This document shows, piece by piece, positions 1-9,620 of a stretch of DNA of 64,000 bases. The notes under the pieces are model-generated. The model searched no databases. It saw only the letters and a program-made list of their open reading frames with translations, and was not told the origin of the DNA. The stretch spans positions 3-64,002 of the IMG/VR virus record IMGVR_UViG_3300010163_000024, one strand, 5' to 3'. A program made the translations under genes and the position numbers. The number at the start of each line of letters is the position of its first letter. The first letter of the stretch is position 1. This DNA is from a virus. Taxonomy: Duplodnaviria; Caudoviricetes.

Positions 1-1056
1 GCCGATCGTCGCCTTGATCGACGTGCCCAGGTTGTATGTGAGCGCGACGTTCGTCGCCGCAGTGGTCATTAGGTTCTGCACGAAGATGCGGTCCGGGAAG
101 TAGCGCGGGTAGTAGGTCTGTATCTGCGACACTGCCGACGATATGTCCGTCGTGACCGTCTGCTCCATGCGCAGCACGGTGAGGTCGGCCGGCGTGGAGC
201 GGTCGAGGGCGGGCGCCGCGGAGCCTGATACCTTGGTATAGGTAAGCGGTAGCGGAGTACTGCCTGCATCATTCCAGGTGTTGCCCGATATATTCTCCGC
301 CTCATAGCAGTGGACCATAGTGCTGAAATTAGCAGTATTAGCGCGATACTGCGCGGGGCGGGCCTTATTCCACAACTTCTCGCGGTCAGTATTGGTCAAT
401 GCGCTATTGAACACACGCATGTGATGGATAATACCCTTGAAGGTTGCCGTCGAGGTACCAAACGAGCCAATCGTGAAATACGCGTATTTAGCTAAACTAC
501 CTGATTCCTGCAAGAAAAGACTTCCGTTGATATAAATGAAAATATTAGAAGTATTATACACCATCACTACGTGGTACTGCGTGTTCGGCCATACTTGCAT
601 CGTCGTGATCGTCTGGGAGGCAAATATAAAATATTTATTGGAGATTCTCAGACACAGACCGCCGGAAGTCGACGTACTGTCTCCGAATATGTACTGGTTT
701 GTAGTGACATCATCCGATGTGGTGAACGACAACTCCACCGACCGAATAGCCTGACCGTTGTCCACCGCGGCGGAGAAATGCCCGGTCGTCGAGAGGAAGC
801 CGGTGACGGGCGCTCCGCCCGCATTTTGAGCGAGAGTCTTTGCCTCATCCGCCGTGTCCTGAGCGGTTTGGGCTGCGTTCAGTGCTACACCTGCGTTAGT
901 GTTTGCCTTGATAGCTTTGGACTCTGCCGATGATGCTACGTCATTAACAGCAACGATAGCCTCAGCGACTTCATTTATGGCGGCAGAATATTTATTGTCC
1001 GCCTGAGTTTTGAATCGCGCAAGGTTATCCAGTGTAATATATTTCCTTTTTACCAT
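1..1056 (-). CDS. Tail fibre / receptor-binding protein with LamG (concanavalin A-like) domain, 3' end runs off window
   Basis: Not in ORF track; manual translation gives 352 open codons from ATG at 1056 (MVKRKYITLDNLARFK... QYHVVMVYN...IYINGSL...FKGIIHHMRVFNSALT), a LamG-like pattern. Confidence 0.75.
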   Translation of the reverse strand, partial: MVKRKYITLDNLARFKTQADNKYSAAINEVAEAIVAVNDVASSAESKAIKANTNAGVALNAAQTAQDTADEAKTLAQNAGGAPVTGFLSTTGHFSAAVDNGQAIRSVELSFTTSDDVTTNQYIFGDSTSTSGGLCLRISNKYFIFASQTITTMQVWPNTQYHVVMVYNTSNIFIYINGSLFLQESGSLAKYAYFTIGSFGTSTATFKGIIHHMRVFNSALTNTDREKLWNKARPAQYRANTANFSTMVHCYEAENISGNTWNDAGSTPLPLTYTKVSGSAAPALDRSTPADLTVLRMEQTVTTDISSAVSQIQTYYPRYFPDRIFVQNLMTTAATNVALTYNLGTSIKATIG

Positions 1057-1119
1057 TGTTTTACTTTTAAAAGTAGCAACTATAGTGGCGATCAAGCCAC
1101 TATAGTTAATATTCAACGA

Positions 1120-1752
1120 TTATGCGTTCTCGTTGAAAAGCGCGTCAATTTCTGCGTTAGTAACAGCGACAAGATCACTATTCTTGACGTAGTCGGCTTC
1201 AAGAACAGACGTCTCAACATACCCTGCCAGCAAACCATCTACTTCCGTCTTGTCGTAGTAGTTGTTGGCGTTAAAAATACCCTCCAGCGGAATCTCGATC
1301 GGCGACTGGCCAGCGTCCGTGTTAAACGCAACTTTCAGCACTTGCTTGCCTGCGTTAGCACCGGTTCCCGTGGTAATACTAACAGCATTCACCATGCCAT
1401 CCTTGATGAACGGCGCAGCCGAGAGCGTCTTTACAACAGTCGTTCCATGCTTAAACTCGATGTTTTTGCTGGTACTGTTGTACGCAACCTCATTGAAATA
1501 CGCAGAAAGATCAGGGAAAGTAATTTCGCCGATTGCCGAAGTCACAAACTCAGTGGTTGCAATCTGCGTCGTATTCGTGCCCTTTGCTGCCGTAGGTGCC
1601 TTAGGCGTACCTGTAAAAGTAGGCGATGCCAGCGGCGCCTTTTTTGCCATATCAGCAGTCAAGGCATTTTGTACTTCGACAACTTCCCCATTAACGTAGG
1701 TTTTGACTTTGTCCCAAAAGTGGGTCAAGCCCTCAAAAGATAAGTACTTCAT
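1120..1752 (-). CDS. Tail-fibre-associated protein
   Basis: KAPLASPTFTGTPKAPTAAKGTNTTQIATTEFV is a typical tail-fibre repeat; N-terminus resembles that of the neighbouring fibre gene. Confidence 0.7.
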   Translation of the reverse strand: MKYLSFEGLTHFWDKVKTYVNGEVVEVQNALTADMAKKAPLASPTFTGTPKAPTAAKGTNTTQIATTEFVTSAIGEITFPDLSAYFNEVAYNSTSKNIEFKHGTTVVKTLSAAPFIKDGMVNAVSITTGTGANAGKQVLKVAFNTDAGQSPIEIPLEGIFNANNYYDKTEVDGLLAGYVETSVLEADYVKNSDLVAVTNAEIDALFNENA

Positions 1753-1765
1753 AAACTTGATTTAA

Positions 1766-1939
1766 TTAGGTTAAAAAAAGTGAATCGATATCAACATTTG
1801 TTATGTCTTGTATCGTGCCAGAAGAACCAATGTTACTCGACTGAACACTATAATTTATGCCATCTTTAACAACAGGAATCAATTCATCACCAGAAAGTTT
1901 CCCTAACTTAGGGAGGTCTGAAATTTTCTTATCGGCCAT
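1766..1939 (-). CDS. Small hypothetical protein (57 aa, MADKKISDLP...)
   Basis: Manual translation; tightly packed in the operon; the KISxLP start is common in tail-associated proteins. Confidence 0.55.
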   Translation of the reverse strand: MADKKISDLPKLGKLSGDELIPVVKDGINYSVQSSNIGSSGTIQDITNVDIDSLFLT

Positions 1940-1941
1940 AA

Positions 1942-2118
1942 TTATTCCTCTAATAAAATTGCACTACCATCTTCGAGTGTGAAGTTTGCAAAATTCTCTA
2001 ACAGTAAGTTGTCTACATCCCAAAAAGCAGGCCTATTGGATGTTGCGGTAGACGCTAAATCCAAACATTCTAATGAAATACTGAATAAAGAAATAATCGG
2101 AATATATATCTTTTTCAT
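1942..2118 (-). CDS. Small hypothetical protein (58 aa)
   Basis: Manual translation; ATGA overlap with the upstream gene. Confidence 0.5.
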   Translation of the reverse strand: MKKIYIPIISLFSISLECLDLASTATSNRPAFWDVDNLLLENFANFTLEDGSAILLEE

Positions 2119-2387
2119 TCTGAAAGCATTTTTGCGGCAGAAACTTCCGTGGCGGATTTAATCGTAACTTCGATACCTACGGGAATGTTAAGTCGGAAAA
2201 TTACATTCGCCATGTATGGGTTATGAAAACTCGCAACAGGTACTGCTTGCATACCCTCAATGTTTGCTGAGACAGAGCAAGTTCCTCGCTTTGCTCGCTC
2301 AATTTCCACAATACAATTCCCTACAGAAACAAATGTCGTAACCCACACGTCATTCGATTTCGTGAAAGTTAAACTTGCAGTTGTCAT
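2115..2387 (-). CDS. Hypothetical phage protein
   Basis: ORF track 2115-2438; probable start MTTASLTF at 2387 downstream of a promoter and hairpin. Confidence 0.6.
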   Translation of the reverse strand: MTTASLTFTKSNDVWVTTFVSVGNCIVEIERAKRGTCSVSANIEGMQAVPVASFHNPYMANVIFRLNIPVGIEVTIKSATEVSAAKMLSE

Positions 2388-2494
2388 GATATGTTGTTTT
2401 ATTTTACAAAATAATAGCCGATGCCGGAAATCCGGCATCGGCTCTTGGCTCAGGCAGGCGCCCCCTGCTCATCGTAGGTGATTATTACATACCG

Positions 2495-2526
2495 CAAATA
2501 TAAAAAAAATATATATAATATACAAA
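2495..2526 (-). promoter_or_regulatory. Bacteroidota primary-sigma promoter for the tail-fibre cluster
   Basis: TTTG-N20-TATATTTG on the minus strand, followed by a perfect hairpin GCCGATGCCGG-ATTT-CCGGCATCGGC. Confidence 0.7.
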
Positions 2527-2642
2527 TCATACAAGTAGTGCTTAACATGCGGGGTGTTGTGTTTTTACACAATAAAAGCGGAGAAAACCTCGCACGATAC
2601 TTTCGATTGAAGTTCTCTCCGCCTTTTACTACACGCTATTGG

Positions 2643-2828
2643 CTACTCTTCGTATTCATCAGGGTAGTTTAGAACTGATTTCGCACGGAACTCTTTCAGT
2701 AGCTTCGCAAGTTCCATACTCTTCTTGCGTGCTCTCCTACCGGCTGCTTTGTTACCTTTTTCTCGCTTGTCAGCGTCTACCTTAAACGCATCCCAAGCCT
2801 CTTCGATTTTCGTAAGTAGATTTTCCAT
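2643..2828 (-). CDS. Histone H1-like (Hc1-type) nucleoid protein
   Basis: GNKAAGRRARKKSMELAKLLKEFR matches the Bacteroidota histone-H1-like motif GNKAAGxRARKxS. Confidence 0.75.
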   Translation of the reverse strand: MENLLTKIEEAWDAFKVDADKREKGNKAAGRRARKKSMELAKLLKEFRAKSVLNYPDEYEE

Positions 2829-2839
2829 AGTTTTATTTG

Positions 2840-3184
2840 TTAAAGGGTTGTTGTATATCTTCTCATACGACGAACATCCGTCTTACTTTCTACTTTCGGC
2901 ATATCCTCGACCCGCGTCATCTTAACCTTATGCCACCAATCATTTATCAACATCCGCGACTTCCATACCTGCTGAACCTTTGCAAACGGTTGGTTATATA
3001 ACTTCTGCGTTACCACATCCAAATTCTGTGCACTCCAACCGTTTTCGTTATTCCACGTGCAAAGATAGTCAATCACGACCTTTTCTCCGTCCTTTGTTTC
3101 CACGACCTCCCCCCGCTGTATGCCCTCCAACAGCACGGCTGGCAGTAGTGCCTTTTCGTTGTATTTGGTGTTCAGTTTGCGCAT
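2840..3184 (-). CDS. Hypothetical phage protein
   Basis: ORF in the co-directional early arm. Confidence 0.55.
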   Translation of the reverse strand: MRKLNTKYNEKALLPAVLLEGIQRGEVVETKDGEKVVIDYLCTWNNENGWSAQNLDVVTQKLYNQPFAKVQQVWKSRMLINDWWHKVKMTRVEDMPKVESKTDVRRMRRYTTTL

Positions 3185-3581
3185 TGCTCATCTTTGCTTT
3201 CGGCGGCTCGTATATCGGCTTATCCTCGTCCACTTTGTACCATATCATTACAGCCTTATCCTCGTCAATCGCTTCTTTCAAATATCCCTCGCTCCTTGCG
3301 TTTACCTCCCATTGCCGTCGTACCTTTTCTGCTGAGCATCCATATCTTTTCCAGCAAAGGTTACGAAACAAGAACGAATGAATATCAATGAACCCAATAT
3401 CGCGAATTGTCCTTGTTTTGCCTTTGACAAACTTTATCGTGTCCCCGACCTTCGCGTCATTCAGGTGCTTATTATAAGCATATCCTATCGGTAGGAATAT
3501 GAACGTATAGTTTGTGTCTATATTCCAATTCAGCGCGTGGGCGACGGGGATTACCTTATTCGTCTTGGGCGGTTGTTGCAT
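3069..3581 (-). CDS. Hypothetical phage protein
   Basis: ORF in the co-directional early arm; 3' end overlaps the next gene. Confidence 0.55.
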   Translation of the reverse strand: MQQPPKTNKVIPVAHALNWNIDTNYTFIFLPIGYAYNKHLNDAKVGDTIKFVKGKTRTIRDIGFIDIHSFLFRNLCWKRYGCSAEKVRRQWEVNARSEGYLKEAIDEDKAVMIWYKVDEDKPIYEPPKAKMSNAQTEHQIQRKGTTASRAVGGHTAGGGRGNKGRRKGRD

Positions 3582-3777
3582 TTCTATCGCTGTGGGCTAC
3601 ACTATTATAACATTGTGGACAGTCTGTATAGTAATAGTATTGCGCAGGCACAATACCCCTCATTTGTTCTTTCCTAATATCCTCCTTGTTGTATTCATAC
3701 TCGCACCCACAATCGGGACATACCACTCTGTACGTCGGCGGAATTTTCGTTCCCCTTTTTAATATCCTTACTGCCAT
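3556..3777 (-). CDS. Zinc-ribbon protein
   Basis: CPDCGC ... CPQC. Confidence 0.65.
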   Translation of the reverse strand: MAVRILKRGTKIPPTYRVVCPDCGCEYEYNKEDIRKEQMRGIVPAQYYYYTDCPQCYNSVAHSDRNATTAQDE

Positions 3778-3802
3778 AACTTCTCGTTCTCCGTAACGGA
3801 GT

Positions 3803-4000
3803 TTAAAATTCTACCTTTGTTGTCGTTTTCGCAAGTTCACCTATTTTTCTTGTTTTGAGATGCTTACGCTTCCGTTGAACGGAACAAACCGTAATATTTT
3901 TGTTATGTGATACTAACCCTTGTACTAATTCCCGGATATCCTCATAACTTTCATCCCCGTTTGTAAACACATTAACGGTTACTATCCAATTTCTACTCAT
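3803..4000 (-). CDS. Hypothetical phage protein
   Basis: Packed ORF in the early arm. Confidence 0.5.
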   Translation of the reverse strand: MSRNWIVTVNVFTNGDESYEDIRELVQGLVSHNKNITVCSVQRKRKHLKTRKIGELAKTTTKVEF

Positions 4001-4004
4001 ACCT

Positions 4005-4439
4005 TTACTTATTAAATTGTTTAATTATCTCCTTCACGCTCGCCTTGTGCAGCATTCCGTGTTCGGTGTGCCATTCCCCGCTCCCACGAAGTACATGCTC
4101 CGTGCATAACGTCCAATTACCACCGCTATAATCGCAGAACCACTGCATATAGTCGCTGTCATCGCGTAGGGCGGCAAGTGCCAAGAAAAGTTCTTCGTTG
4201 TCGGCGCAGTCTATATCAAATGTCGTGTTTTCATAGACTGCCAACGTTTCTTCTTGCGTCTTGTACGGATCGCCACTTCTGTAATATCCTGTACCATAAA
4301 CAGAGTTTTCCGCTGGAAACGTCGTTAACCACGTTGCATCTTTAAACTCCGCGCAGAAGCAAATATTATACCCTAACTCCTCCAGCTTCTTGCGTAGGGC
4401 AAGGGTATTCTTTCGTATGTAACATGACGTAGTGAACAT
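4005..4439 (-). CDS. Conserved Bacteroidota phage hypothetical protein
   Basis: MFTTSCYIRKNT...DNEELFLALAALRDDSDYMQWF pattern recalled from gut phages. Confidence 0.65.
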   Translation of the reverse strand: MFTTSCYIRKNTLALRKKLEELGYNICFCAEFKDATWLTTFPAENSVYGTGYYRSGDPYKTQEETLAVYENTTFDIDCADNEELFLALAALRDDSDYMQWFCDYSGGNWTLCTEHVLRGSGEWHTEHGMLHKASVKEIIKQFNK

Positions 4440-4440
4440 T

Positions 4441-5085
4441 CTACCTCCTTTTTACAACCTTTTTCCTTTTCTTTTCCCTTAACTCATACCGGACAAACAT
4501 TATAGTTTTCAAAAAGAGTTCGTACGACCCTTTATTCAAAGTGAAACGCTTGTCCTCTCCCTCCTCCTCGCGTATCTGCTCATCCTTGCGTCTACGTTCG
4601 TTCAATAGCAATACCACCTCATCGTTGAATTGGTGGATAGTCCGCTTCGGTTCTCTCTCCCACTTCTTGCGCCAACGAGCAAAGTCCTTGTTATACAAGA
4701 ATACCTCCAAGCCTACGGTCTCCGGGAACTTCGTGTAATCCTCTACACCAATAACGTACCAATCCATACATAGCCTTAAAGGAACAGAATCGTAGTGGTT
4801 GTATGTCTGTATGTCGGCTAAATAGCGATTCGCCATTCGTCGGAGCACTATCCTATTCGACCACAGATTTACCACTGAGCGCCATTCAATCCAATCAATA
4901 AAGTAGTCCTTACCAACCAATCCGAACCGGTGCCCGTTTTTCATAACATCCACAAACTCCCAACAACGGTTAGTATCGTTCAAGTCCGCTGCATCTGACA
5001 CACCTTGTTTATAGCAAAGGTGCATCAGTTGCAGTAGCATCGTAGAAACTTGCGGCGTTATTTTTGCACGGTAATCGTGGGGCAT
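4441..5085 (-). CDS. Hypothetical phage protein
   Basis: 214-aa packed ORF. Confidence 0.6.
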   Translation of the reverse strand: MPHDYRAKITPQVSTMLLQLMHLCYKQGVSDAADLNDTNRCWEFVDVMKNGHRFGLVGKDYFIDWIEWRSVVNLWSNRIVLRRMANRYLADIQTYNHYDSVPLRLCMDWYVIGVEDYTKFPETVGLEVFLYNKDFARWRKKWEREPKRTIHQFNDEVVLLLNERRRKDEQIREEEGEDKRFTLNKGSYELFLKTIMFVRYELREKKRKKVVKRR

Positions 5086-5097
5086 GGTGTAGTGCGG

Positions 5098-5439
5098 TTA
5101 TTCTCCTTTGATATACAACGGAATATTCCTGAAGCCGGCAAACCTCAAAAATTCGCCGTTAGCAGCTGCCTTGGTTGCAGAATACAACGTCTGGTATTGC
5201 GGGTATTCGATCTGCAAATCAAAAAATGAAAACACCTCTTTGCGTTCGTACATGGCATTAAAGTCCCGCTGAATATCACAATCCGTTGTAATGATGCTCT
5301 TTATTCGAGTTACATAATACTCTCCTTTTTTGAGACCACGGTCGATTTCAGCGTACCTTTTCCCGGTTTGACTTTTCGTCATTATTTTACCCTCGTTGAT
5401 CCATTGTTGGAGTTGTTGTGCAATCTCTTGTTTCGTCAT
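5098..5439 (-). CDS. Hypothetical phage protein
   Basis: Packed ORF. Confidence 0.55.
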   Translation of the reverse strand: MTKQEIAQQLQQWINEGKIMTKSQTGKRYAEIDRGLKKGEYYVTRIKSIITTDCDIQRDFNAMYERKEVFSFFDLQIEYPQYQTLYSATKAAANGEFLRFAGFRNIPLYIKGE

Positions 5440-5448
5440 AGTGTATAG

Positions 5449-5688
5449 TTAATTAAGTAATTCGTGTGCATTAATGGCATCCGCTTTGCCACCAAAAATA
5501 CCGAGTTTTTGGTAAGTCAGGTTAAATATCGTCACCATTTTTGCAAGTTCTTCTTTTGTGAAATATTCCAACAAAAAACTCGCAGACTCATCTACCTCCT
5601 CTTGAATTTCCGGAGGGAGGTTTTCAAACTGTTCTTTTATTCTATCTGCTTTCTGTTTACTTATTTTGTCTATTATATCTCTTAGCAT
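5449..5688 (-). CDS. Hypothetical phage protein
   Basis: Packed ORF. Confidence 0.55.
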   Translation of the reverse strand: MLRDIIDKISKQKADRIKEQFENLPPEIQEEVDESASFLLEYFTKEELAKMVTIFNLTYQKLGIFGGKADAINAHELLN

Positions 5689-5705
5689 ATTCTTTTTCGT
5701 TTACA

Positions 5706-6260
5706 TTATTCTTTTTCGTTTACATTTTCTTCGTTCTTTATATCCGCAAGCCCCTCTTTCATCTTCTTTCGTGCGTCCCGCTCTACTTTGCGCCTTTGCT
5801 GACGTGTCATCTGCCCACGCTCTACGTTCTGACGCACCTCGCGTAATGCCAAGTCGTTTTCAAAGTCGCTCGCTTTCGGCTGACTTGCACCTCGCTTTTC
5901 CAGTCGATCAAAACAAGCCGATAACGCCTTGTTGTTGTCGTCAACTAACTGTTGGTCGGCGCAAAGCATCATCGTGGTTTGGTACACCGCCAACGCAAAA
6001 CCGTAGATATTCTCTTTCTTGTCTTGCTTTGCTGATTCAAGCAAATACAGATACGGTCGAGTGTAAAAGGCCAAACGAAGTTTGAAGTTATTACTTTCCG
6101 ATACAATATCCATGTAGTAGGCACGGAAAGTGATTTTGAAACCAGCGAAGCCCTTACCGCTGAACTCGTACAGCACTTTGTTCCGCCCGAGTAGTCGCCA
6201 AAGGGCGAGGCGTTGGAAAAGTTTGTTAAAGAGTTTTTTCATGTAGTTATAATTTGTCAT
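5706..6260 (-). CDS. Hypothetical phage protein
   Basis: Packed ORF. Confidence 0.6.
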   Translation of the reverse strand: MTNYNYMKKLFNKLFQRLALWRLLGRNKVLYEFSGKGFAGFKITFRAYYMDIVSESNNFKLRLAFYTRPYLYLLESAKQDKKENIYGFALAVYQTTMMLCADQQLVDDNNKALSACFDRLEKRGASQPKASDFENDLALREVRQNVERGQMTRQQRRKVERDARKKMKEGLADIKNEENVNEKE

Positions 6261-6631
6261 TCGTGAATCTCGCGCCAGCCGATAACGGGGTTTTCATCCT
6301 CTACCAAAATTCCACCTCCGCCATAAGACCACCCGTCGCCGAGATATAGATGTTTTTCTCGGAAAAGACAATCATACATCCCGTCTTTGAATTTCACCAG
6401 GACCCGCTTCCTGTATTCCGGCAACTCCACTTTCGGGTCGCACCAGCGGGTAAGTTGTTCGTGCTCGGATTGTGCTCCTGCAATAAACGACATAAGGTCA
6501 TTATAAAACCGACAACTCATTCTTTCGAGGTTGCATTCCTTACATCTTCTATCGCATGGAGCATCTACAAATTTCCGCGCCCGTTCCTTGATACTTTCTA
6601 TATGTTGCTTTTTCATACCTCTCGTTTTCAC
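6257..6631 (-). CDS. DUF551-like phage protein
   Basis: WCDPKVELPEYRKRVLVK...VIGWREI pattern. Confidence 0.55.
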   Translation of the reverse strand: MKTRGMKKQHIESIKERARKFVDAPCDRRCKECNLERMSCRFYNDLMSFIAGAQSEHEQLTRWCDPKVELPEYRKRVLVKFKDGMYDCLFREKHLYLGDGWSYGGGGILVEDENPVIGWREIHE

Positions 6632-6690
6632 AATGCAAATATAGATATTGTTTCTTAATGTACAAAACTTACATCCATTGCAGTGCCCTA

Positions 6691-7290
6691 CTATCTTACC
6701 AATTCAAACTCATAAGCAAACACATAGGGATTGCTTTCCCACGTTCCGCGACCCGAAACCTTGTCTATAAGAACAGAAAAGGCTTCGCGAGGCAATATAT
6801 AGCGGTTCCCTCTCTTATCCTCGCCTATATAATAATTGAATCGAATCCCGATAGGATAGCCAATGATATTATCAGTAGCACTTACGCCTACACCCTCTTT
6901 CATACAATCCTCATCCGATATATCCTGCAACCTTTCTACGCGAACATCGGTTATTCGGATGCGGTGGGGCATAAGGTCAGACTTGACGAACATTTTGTTC
7001 GTCCAACCTGCACCATCGGGAAACATGATAGGATTATAATCATCATTATAGAAGTCGTCGTATGCTTGCGCCACTGCTACGACATCACCAATCTTGAAGC
7101 GATTATATGTAGAGTTCTTAACGTCAATAAAATCGCCAAAATCATTTTCGTAGACCAAAGTATCATCGCGTACGTCCCAAGTGAGCGTAAAGAACTCTTT
7201 CGGAATTATCCTCCTTGTCTGTGTCTTTCTTCCGTCCAATACGGCTTCGGTAAGCGAAAATTTATCCGAGAACATAATTTTTTTACTCAT
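6691..7290 (-). CDS. ASCH/PUA-like domain protein
   Basis: IMF...AVLDGRKTQTRR and ITDVRVERLQDISDEDCMKEG motifs. Confidence 0.7.
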   Translation of the reverse strand: MSKKIMFSDKFSLTEAVLDGRKTQTRRIIPKEFFTLTWDVRDDTLVYENDFGDFIDVKNSTYNRFKIGDVVAVAQAYDDFYNDDYNPIMFPDGAGWTNKMFVKSDLMPHRIRITDVRVERLQDISDEDCMKEGVGVSATDNIIGYPIGIRFNYYIGEDKRGNRYILPREAFSVLIDKVSGRGTWESNPYVFAYEFELVR

Positions 7291-7293
7291 ACA

Positions 7294-8007
7294 TTATTGT
7301 TTTAATTTCCAACAAAATCCACCTGCCATTTTAGACCGCCCTTTAATACAATTCGTAATTGATGTTATAAGCAACCTATTTTCTTTCGCAGCGGTTGTTA
7401 TGTTAATATATTCTTCAATCGGATTTCCCTCTTTATCACATTTTATTACAGATTTACCATTTTTGTATTGGACATCGGTGTCATGGATGTACCTCCATAT
7501 AAATCTTTTATAGGTATTATGTTTTGGTTTTCGCAAACAACACCAATTAATACATGATTGAGCATATCCCAATTCTCTTGCAGCAAGAGTGGCCGATTCC
7601 CACTCTCTTATTTTATTACCTTGCAAATTATATTGTGCAATTTTCTTGCTATGAGATTTTGCCGCTTTTTCGGTATGGCTACCATATCGGTTATTGTATG
7701 CCCTATCGCACCATTCAAGATTATCCGCGTGGTTGTTTTGCGGATTTTCGTCCTTGTGATTAACACAATCGTATTTATCAGGATTAGGGTTCTCAACGAA
7801 TAGTTGTGCAACTAATCTATGAACTCTAAATCCTTTAATATGCCTATCCTTTTGGATATTTATCGTGGGATAACCATATTTGTTTAGGAATATCGCTTTG
7901 GGTTTCTTGCTCTTAAAGAATCTTACATTTCCCAAATTCGATACCTCTAACTGACATCCATGAAGTTGTATTGGTTTCCAAACCTCGGTGGAAATAATCT
8001 TCTGCAT
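7294..8007 (-). CDS. NUMOD4/HNH homing endonuclease with NUMOD1 repeats
   Basis: VSNLGNVR, VHRLVAQLF, VNHKDENPQNNHADNLEWC; two C-terminal Q/C-Y/D-xxG-W/Y repeats; own TATCTTTG promoter at 8030-8037. Confidence 0.9.
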   Translation of the reverse strand: MQKIISTEVWKPIQLHGCQLEVSNLGNVRFFKSKKPKAIFLNKYGYPTINIQKDRHIKGFRVHRLVAQLFVENPNPDKYDCVNHKDENPQNNHADNLEWCDRAYNNRYGSHTEKAAKSHSKKIAQYNLQGNKIREWESATLAARELGYAQSCINWCCLRKPKHNTYKRFIWRYIHDTDVQYKNGKSVIKCDKEGNPIEEYINITTAAKENRLLITSITNCIKGRSKMAGGFCWKLKQ

Positions 8008-8062
8008 ATACCTTTCAATTTTCTTACTGCAAAGATATAAAACTTTTTATAATCTACGAAAT

Positions 8063-9571
8063 TTATTCCGCAATTTTCTTGCGCTTAATTTTGTCCCATA
8101 CGTTCTTCTTAAATACAAACCAATACTTTTTCGCTTCGACTTCGGTCTTACCGTATAACTTGCAATATACCTCCGTGAACGCTTTCTTTTCTTCTCCGAC
8201 GTTCGCAGAACACACCTGCACCATTATACGGCTTAACTTCCACCCCTCCAATTTTTTCTTTGCCGCCCACGAAAGTATATCTTTTTCTTCGCTTTCGGCT
8301 ACCTCCTCCAAGTGTAAGATAACTTCATCTTTTTCAGTCGGGAACTTGAAGCCGCAGGCTGGACAAACCTTGCATGATGCAGGAACTCTTTGTCCGCACC
8401 CTCTGTTGTGGTTTATATCAACCTTATCTGTCGGGCATACTTTCATCTGCTGAATACCGCCACCCGTGCTTTCGTTATGCCAAAGGCTCCATTCTATTTC
8501 TTGCTCAAAGAACCCGAGACGACGAATGTTATCCCCTGCGTCAAGAATGATAAAGTCCTTTTTGCCCTCGCATATACGACTACCACGTCCAATACTCTGA
8601 CGCCATTTCGTCATCGACGTTGTAGCGTAGTTGGCAATGATACAACCTATATCAACTATATCCGTTCCTGCGGTGCATACCCCGACATTGACAAGAACTT
8701 GAAACTCGTTGTTCTTGAAAGCGTCCATTATCTCTGACCTCTCGCCCGAATACGTTGCGTCATCGTCAAAGTTCCCCGAAAGTACATACCTTGCGGATAT
8801 GCCACGCTCGACAAAGATTTTAGTACACTTGATTGCCTGTTTTGAACTTACGCAAAACATTAGCGTCTTTCGGTCAGGACAAATACGGAACCACTCATCA
8901 ATAACGCCATAGTACACTCTCTTATCCTCGAACTTCTTCGCCAGTGACTTCTGATTGTACTCTTGCGACTTGCTGTCAATCTCTACGTCGTCTAACTTCG
9001 GAGCGGCAATAGTGAAATGACGAGCCTGTGTTAGGTAGCCGAGCCGAACCAACTCTTTCACGGGAACTCCTGTAACCATAGCCCGAGCGAAATGCCCTAA
9101 CTGCGCTTGTTTCCCTTGTCGCTGCGGTGTGGCCGTTACGAGCAGAATGAAGCAACCATCTTTTAAGAAGTGGTACACAAAGTCGTGGTCGCAGCAGTGG
9201 GCCTCGTCTACTATGCAAAGGTCGATACTATGTACATACTCTTTCCATTCATCCTGTTCTATGCGCCGTTTGAGTGTCTGCGACATTCCTACGGCTATTC
9301 GCTTATTCGGAATAGAACGGTGGTATCGGTCTATGTATTCAACATCCAATCCCAATTCGTTTAGCGCGCCGCCGTTCTGTTTCAGTATCTCTACTCGGTT
9401 TGAAAGTATAAGGACTTTCCGATTGTAACGGCCGCTTTGCTTTGCTATATAACTAAAACAGAGCGATTTTCCTCCTCCAGTAGGGAGTTGAAACAGCACC
9501 CTCCGATACTGCGACAACGCAGTGCGTATCTCATTGACTGCTTGTTGCTGGTAAGGTCGTAATTGTATCAT
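8063..9571 (-). CDS. SF2 DEAD/DEAH-box helicase
   Basis: LRPYQ, PTGGGKS, DEAH, TATP, QSIGRGSR; C-terminal zinc ribbon; probable start at 9571. Confidence 0.92.
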   Translation of the reverse strand: MIQLRPYQQQAVNEIRTALSQYRRVLFQLPTGGGKSLCFSYIAKQSGRYNRKVLILSNRVEILKQNGGALNELGLDVEYIDRYHRSIPNKRIAVGMSQTLKRRIEQDEWKEYVHSIDLCIVDEAHCCDHDFVYHFLKDGCFILLVTATPQRQGKQAQLGHFARAMVTGVPVKELVRLGYLTQARHFTIAAPKLDDVEIDSKSQEYNQKSLAKKFEDKRVYYGVIDEWFRICPDRKTLMFCVSSKQAIKCTKIFVERGISARYVLSGNFDDDATYSGERSEIMDAFKNNEFQVLVNVGVCTAGTDIVDIGCIIANYATTSMTKWRQSIGRGSRICEGKKDFIILDAGDNIRRLGFFEQEIEWSLWHNESTGGGIQQMKVCPTDKVDINHNRGCGQRVPASCKVCPACGFKFPTEKDEVILHLEEVAESEEKDILSWAAKKKLEGWKLSRIMVQVCSANVGEEKKAFTEVYCKLYGKTEVEAKKYWFVFKKNVWDKIKRKKIAE

Positions 9572-9620
9572 TTTTAGAGCCGTAGTTAATACGGCTCGTT
9601 GGCTCTGGTGGTTCATGGTG

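Noticed and set aside
1-300. GC-rich left edge as host DNA or left prophage boundary
   Set aside because: It is part of a continuous 352-codon tail-fibre ORF starting at 1056.
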